Source of the DNA: Promethearchaeota archaeon
Lineage (GTDB): Archaea; Asgardarchaeota; Lokiarchaeia; Sigyniarchaeales; SOKP01
DNA: 64,000 nt
Direction: 5' to 3'
Assembly: GCA_030599585.1 (NCBI GenBank)
Contig: JAUVNS010000005.1
Coordinates: 96,001-160,000, forward strand
Below, piece after piece: positions 59,005 through 64,000 of this stretch. Each line of letters begins with the position of its first letter. Positions within the stretch are counted from its first letter, which is position 1. A program made the translations under genes and the position numbers. The notes under the pieces are model-generated. The model ran no database searches. It was not told the DNA's origin and saw nothing but the letters and a program-made list of their open reading frames with translations.

Positions 59005-60132
59005 CTATTTTTCTAAATAAGTTCGTATTAGAGCTTGAGATAGATATTCTGTTGATTTTATAACGTCATCTATCCTTATATATTCATCTGGTTTATGGAT
59101 TACTCCTGGGTCTCCTGGTCCATAGATCACAAATGGAATAGCATTCTTTTTTTGAATGAGAACACCCGCATCTGTAGCGTAGGGTAAGCCTATAATTTCT
59201 TTTCCATTAATCTTTTTTAAATTCTGAATAAATGGAATTTCCATATCAGTCTGAAGTGCTGGGAGTGTATGGGTAATTTTTACTTCTAATTTACAAGGAG
59301 AAGCATTGATCGACCGTAATTTCGCATTTAATCTTGCAAAATCTTGTTCAGGGATATATCTATAGTCAACAGATAAAATAGTTTTATTTGGAACTATATT
59401 GTACGCGACTCCTCCTGAAATTTTCCCAATATTCAGTGTAGAGGAGCCCAGAAATCTATTTTCAACATCATCCAAACATTCATGAAGTTGTGGAACAATT
59501 TTTAATGCACACTCAATAGAATTTATTCCGCCTTCGGGGGTTGAGGCATGTCCGGGTTTTCCATTAATATGGATATCTGCCCATAATAATCCTTTTTCGG
59601 CTATACCTATATTCATATTAGTTGGTTCTCCAACTATAAGTAGAACAGAATCTTTCATAAAACCCTTTCTAGCAAAGTTATAAGCTCCAGTCATACCAGA
59701 TTCTTCATCCGCACTAGCTAAAAAGAAAATTGTGTAATTTTCTAATAATTCCGGATATTCTTTTAGATTTATTAATGTTCCAATAAGCATGGTTAATCCT
59801 CCTTTCATATCACATGCCCCTCTACCATACAATTTTCCATCAATAACTTCAGCAGAGAACGGAGGATACTTCCATTGTGAATCTTCACCTGCCGGTACAA
59901 CATCCAAATGCCCTGAGAGCATTATTTTTTCCTTACCAGTTCCGATTCTTGTTATAAGGTTCTTTAGCTCGATACCTTTTTTTCTGTAATTCATGACCTC
60001 ATTATGAAAACCGTCAGACTCCTTAAAGATATCCGTGATTAGGTAGTTAATGATTTCATCGGTTTTCCCAGGTGGATTCTCCGTAGGTATTTGTACTAAA
60101 TTCTTAAGAATTTGCTTTAAATTAGCTTTCAT
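59005..60132 (-). CDS. M20 family metallopeptidase/deacylase (ArgE/DapE-like)
   Basis: GHLDVVP, GRGACDMKGG, DEE, GEPT, GHASTP, GPG..H.PDE. Confidence 0.9.
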   Translation of the reverse strand: MKANLKQILKNLVQIPTENPPGKTDEIINYLITDIFKESDGFHNEVMNYRKKGIELKNLITRIGTGKEKIMLSGHLDVVPAGEDSQWKYPPFSAEVIDGKLYGRGACDMKGGLTMLIGTLINLKEYPELLENYTIFFLASADEESGMTGAYNFARKGFMKDSVLLIVGEPTNMNIGIAEKGLLWADIHINGKPGHASTPEGGINSIECALKIVPQLHECLDDVENRFLGSSTLNIGKISGGVAYNIVPNKTILSVDYRYIPEQDFARLNAKLRSINASPCKLEVKITHTLPALQTDMEIPFIQNLKKINGKEIIGLPYATDAGVLIQKKNAIPFVIYGPGDPGVIHKPDEYIRIDDVIKSTEYLSQALIRTYLEK

Positions 60133-60306
60133 GAATCATCTAATCAATTTAGAATTTGATGTATAAAAACTTTGAAAATCATAATAAATTTTCCCTTTTT
60201 AGAATTTATCGACAAACATCTGTTAAAAATCTCTATGAACTCTAATTATTGTACTCATTTAGTATAAAAATAGAGAAAAAATAGAATTTAACAAAATGTA
60301 AACAAA

Positions 60307-61515
60307 TTAAATGTAATCCACTTCAAATGGAGTTTTTGGGAGTACCTCTGCTCCTTTTTTAGTAATCAATGTTGGAGATTCTAACCTTAGTCCACCAAGT
60401 CCAGGACGATTGAATACAACAGCAGCAATTTCGACCATATATTCTTCAAAGACCATAGGACCCCATTCTTTGCCAGGTACTACTACTGGCCACGATTCAT
60501 TCCCTATAAGACCAATTCCGTGGCCTAATCCAAAGAAAAGATCATTAGCATAACCTTCTTTATCAGCTACTTTTCTAACCGCTTGGTAACATTCCTCAAA
60601 GGTATTTCCAGGGTACATGTTATCAATAAGAGCGTAACATAGTTGCTCGTATACATCATTAAATTTTTTTAGCTTAGATGGGCACTTTCCTAGCACGTAA
60701 TTATGGCTTAAATCTCCGAGATAACATCCATATTCGCTGTGTAAATCTACAAGCAAGGATTCTCCCTCCTCTACTTTTTTGTTCGTCGCAGGCGTGCATC
60801 CATTAAAAGTCCAACTCGCTCGATAACCAGAACCTATTTCTTGACTACCGGTAAATGTCCATTCATAATTACTACCAGCTTTTCTCATCGCAAGGGTCCC
60901 TATACCTGCGATTTCGTTCTCAGTAAAAACTTTTCCTCTAGGTCGTTCACTTAATGCTTTTTTCACAGCTATCTGGCCAATATCCGTAATTTCGCTTGCC
61001 TTCCTTAACATCGCTATTTCTTCGGGCTCTTTAATAAATTGAATCCTCTCAGTCTTCTCGTTAAAATCGACTAATTCACATCCAGGAAAAATCTGCTTAA
61101 GTAATTGTGCTTCCGTATAAGAGAGCATTTGCCCAGTAATACAAATATCCAAGCCCAGTTCTACTCCAATTCGAGGAGGAGATCCTTTCGGATTGTATAA
61201 TCCCGTCTTTTTTGCGATTGATTGAATTTTTTTTTCCCAGAAAAATCCTTTCATAGGACCCCACCCACTCACGTTTTTTAGGTGACCCTCCGCCTTAACC
61301 CGTTCAACATCTAAAAGGACCGTAAATAGTGAGGGATCACCAGCTCCCTCTTTTGGTAAAAAAATTGCACTTTTCCAAGGAACAAAACATCCTGTTAAAT
61401 AGGTAATTGATTTAACTCGAGTAAGAACACAAAAATCTAGGTTGAGTTCTTCCATTGCTGTTTGATATTTTTTAATATGTCCTTCCCAATTTATCTCAAT
61501 TTCACTCATTTTCAT
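60307..61515 (-). CDS. M24 (Xaa-Pro peptidase/creatinase-like) family protein
   Basis: ITYLTG, IKEPEEI, VDL..Y.GDLS, GLGHGIG, GGLRLE; start 61515 or 61509 (track 61566). Confidence 0.85.
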   Translation of the reverse strand: MKMSEIEINWEGHIKKYQTAMEELNLDFCVLTRVKSITYLTGCFVPWKSAIFLPKEGAGDPSLFTVLLDVERVKAEGHLKNVSGWGPMKGFFWEKKIQSIAKKTGLYNPKGSPPRIGVELGLDICITGQMLSYTEAQLLKQIFPGCELVDFNEKTERIQFIKEPEEIAMLRKASEITDIGQIAVKKALSERPRGKVFTENEIAGIGTLAMRKAGSNYEWTFTGSQEIGSGYRASWTFNGCTPATNKKVEEGESLLVDLHSEYGCYLGDLSHNYVLGKCPSKLKKFNDVYEQLCYALIDNMYPGNTFEECYQAVRKVADKEGYANDLFFGLGHGIGLIGNESWPVVVPGKEWGPMVFEEYMVEIAAVVFNRPGLGGLRLESPTLITKKGAEVLPKTPFEVDYI

Positions 61516-61715
61516 TTCACTATGTTTTTTTACATTTTTTGCTTGATGGTTATAATTTAATTTCATTATTTTATAATTGTTATTATTTAGTTAAAATACT
61601 GATATAAGTATAAAAAAAGAATTGCTTGTAGCTTTTAATAAAATAAAGGCGTAATTGAAAAATAGAAATTATTATGATTAATTCATTGATATTGCTAGCA
61701 TTTCTTTATACTCTC

Positions 61716-63995
61716 TTATTGATACAAGTTAGAATCGCCATTTTTTACTTTTTGGTCTTGAACGAGCTGTTTTGCTAAATTTTCGTACTTAACAATAGTT
61801 TCTTTTTGTAGTGTTGAGCCAACTTTGGAAAGAGCATACTCAAAATGTTTAAATTCAACAAAATCAAAATCTTCTAGTTTTTCTCGTATTGCTTGCATAC
61901 CTGCTTCTCTACACAAATTTTCTAGATCTGCTCCACTATATTTTTCTGTCATTAATGCTATGTTTTTCAGAGAAATACCTTCTTTAAGTGGCATATTTTT
62001 CGTATGAACTTCTAAAATCTTAATTCTTCCTTCATAATCTGGAGCAACTACATATAATAGTTTATCGATTCTTCCAGGCCGTAGTAGGGCTGGGTCAACC
62101 AAATCAGGCCGATTAGTACTAGCTACAACGACGATCCCGCTATTACTCTCGATCCCATCCATTTCCGTTAATAATTGGGTTAATACATTGTCGTGAACTG
62201 CTGATCCTTTCCATCCTCCTCGATTAGCAGAAAGGGCTTCAATTTCATCAAAATAAATAATAGAAGGGGCTAATTCTCTGGCTTTTGCGAATATACTCCT
62301 GATATTTTTTTCAGATTCACCAATCCATTTTGATATTAGTTCTGGACCTTTAATTGTTATAAAATTCGACTGTGTTTCGCTCGCTACAGCTTCTGCTAAG
62401 AGCGTTTTTCCGCAACCAGGAGGGCCAAAAAGTAGAATTCCCGCAACAGGGCGAATTCCCGCTTTCTTGAACAGGTTTGGATGCATTAATGGCCATTCAA
62501 TGGCTTCTTTTAACTCTTGTTTTATTTCATCCAATCCACCAACGTCATCCCATGAAATTTCGGGAATTTCTCTAAGATACTCTCTTAAAGCAGATGGTTT
62601 TATTTCTTTGGATGCTTTTAGAAAATTTTTATCTTTTACAAATAATTTCTGAATGATCTCAATTGGGATAGGTTCGTCAATATTAATTTCAGGTAACATA
62701 TCTCTAATAGCATCCATAGCAGCTTCTCGAACGAAAGCCATGATATCTGCTCCAACAAAACCGTGGGTGATCCCAGAATAGTAATCTATATCTACATCAT
62801 TTGCAACTGGCATTCCTCGAGTGTGAATTTTAAAAATTTCATTCCTTGCGCTTTTATTTGGAACTCTAAATCTTATTTCGGTATCAAATCTTCCTGGTCT
62901 TCTTAGAGCTTGATCAATAGCGTCTACTCGGTTTGTAGCTCCAATCACGATCACTCCCTCTCTTCCTTTCATTCCGTCAAGAAGTGTAAGTAATTGAGAC
63001 ACTACTCGTCTTTCAACTTCGCCTGTAACATCACTTCTTTTAGGGGCTATTGAGTCAAGTTCATCAATAAAAATTATTGTAGGTGCGTGCTTTTCAGCTT
63101 CGTTAAAAACATTTTTCAAATTTCTCTCGCTATCCCCATAAAATTTACTCATTATCTCAGGACCATTAATAGTAATGAAGTGAGCATTTGCTTCTTGAGA
63201 AACCGCCTTTGCCATCAATGTTTTTCCTGTACCGGGTGGTCCATAAAACAAAACTCCTGTTGGGGGTTCAATATTCAATCTTCGGAATAATTCGGGATGT
63301 CTAATGGGTAATTCAATTACCTCTCTAATCCTTTGAATTTCATCAGTTAAACCTCCAACATCATCGTATGTAATAATTTCTCCGGCAATATTTAGAAGTG
63401 CAACTTTTTTATTTATTTTTATCCTTGTTTCCCGAGTAAGTCTAACTACCTTGTCCATAGGTTTAGTGCTAAGCACTACTAATCTTAAAGGGCCTAAAGT
63501 TGCTCTCCTCTGAGTTCCCCCCATATTGAGCATTCTCATAAATCCATTCATAGGATTGTTTCCTTCATCAGATTTAATATAAGCCCCGGGAACATCTATC
63601 AAATCTCCAACCATCACGGGTTTATCAATCAGTTTTCCCTTTATGGCATCTGCTTGCTTTTTAATGTCGTAAATTCCCTTAGTCGGTGCGAGTTCAATTT
63701 CTCTCGCTGGTTCTACATTAATGTATCGAATAGTAACCAATTCACCAATAGTAGATCCAAGATTTAATCTTTGTATTCCGTCTATTCTTATAATCTCCTT
63801 TCCTTTATCTGCAAAGCTCGCCACAACAATACCCGCAGTTTTCTTCCTCCCAACGATTTCTATAATATCACCAGTAGACAATCTTAATCTTTCCATAATT
63901 GATTGATCTACATAGCATAAACTTCTCCCGCTACGGCTTGACTCTAACCTTTCAATTCTCAGTTTTGCTGATTTAGGCATTCCTTCGTTATTCAT
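61716..63995 (-). CDS. cdc48: Cdc48/VCP family AAA+ ATPase
   Basis: N-domain ([10 protein letters not shown]) and two AAA modules: [22 protein letters not shown] and [22 protein letters not shown]. Confidence 0.95.
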   Translation of the reverse strand: MNNEGMPKSAKLRIERLESSRSGRSLCYVDQSIMERLRLSTGDIIEIVGRKKTAGIVVASFADKGKEIIRIDGIQRLNLGSTIGELVTIRYINVEPAREIELAPTKGIYDIKKQADAIKGKLIDKPVMVGDLIDVPGAYIKSDEGNNPMNGFMRMLNMGGTQRRATLGPLRLVVLSTKPMDKVVRLTRETRIKINKKVALLNIAGEIITYDDVGGLTDEIQRIREVIELPIRHPELFRRLNIEPPTGVLFYGPPGTGKTLMAKAVSQEANAHFITINGPEIMSKFYGDSERNLKNVFNEAEKHAPTIIFIDELDSIAPKRSDVTGEVERRVVSQLLTLLDGMKGREGVIVIGATNRVDAIDQALRRPGRFDTEIRFRVPNKSARNEIFKIHTRGMPVANDVDIDYYSGITHGFVGADIMAFVREAAMDAIRDMLPEINIDEPIPIEIIQKLFVKDKNFLKASKEIKPSALREYLREIPEISWDDVGGLDEIKQELKEAIEWPLMHPNLFKKAGIRPVAGILLFGPPGCGKTLLAEAVASETQSNFITIKGPELISKWIGESEKNIRSIFAKARELAPSIIYFDEIEALSANRGGWKGSAVHDNVLTQLLTEMDGIESNSGIVVVASTNRPDLVDPALLRPGRIDKLLYVVAPDYEGRIKILEVHTKNMPLKEGISLKNIALMTEKYSGADLENLCREAGMQAIREKLEDFDFVEFKHFEYALSKVGSTLQKETIVKYENLAKQLVQDQKVKNGDSNLYQ

Positions 63996-64000
63996 TTTAT

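Overview
AT-rich archaeal chromosomal window, most likely an Asgard archaeon (Lokiarchaeia). The assignment rests on an eL22-like ribosomal protein, two Rab-like small GTPases, longin/roadblock proteins, a Loki-CTERM-like anchor, aIF-2gamma, aIF-1A, Spt5, TFS and Cdc48. It also encodes the Tes tetraether lipid synthase, CdhD, AOR and a form III RuBisCO next to ribose-1,5-bisphosphate isomerase. I found no tRNA, CRISPR array or transposase. The main discovery is a circularly permuted 5S rRNA gene (25952-26078, minus strand). Its 3' half comes first and is joined to its 5' half by a C(UUCG)G tetraloop. Both ends carry a duplicated CCGGAA that can pair as a bulge-helix-bulge-like motif inside a long processing stem. 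Cleavage at the canonical splicing-endonuclease positions followed by ligation would rebuild the normal 5S sequence as a 121-nt closed circle. Other highlights are: a protein of exact 35-aa repeats with loose nebulin-like spacing; apparent ATT start codons for AOR and RuBisCO; a RING-like zinc finger completed only by a -1 shift at A_AAA_AAG; a GC-rich structured RNA candidate; a ~220-aa Met-rich insertion in an ABC ATPase domain; and an HhH-aIF2gamma fusion. All calls come from manual motif reading; no searches were run.
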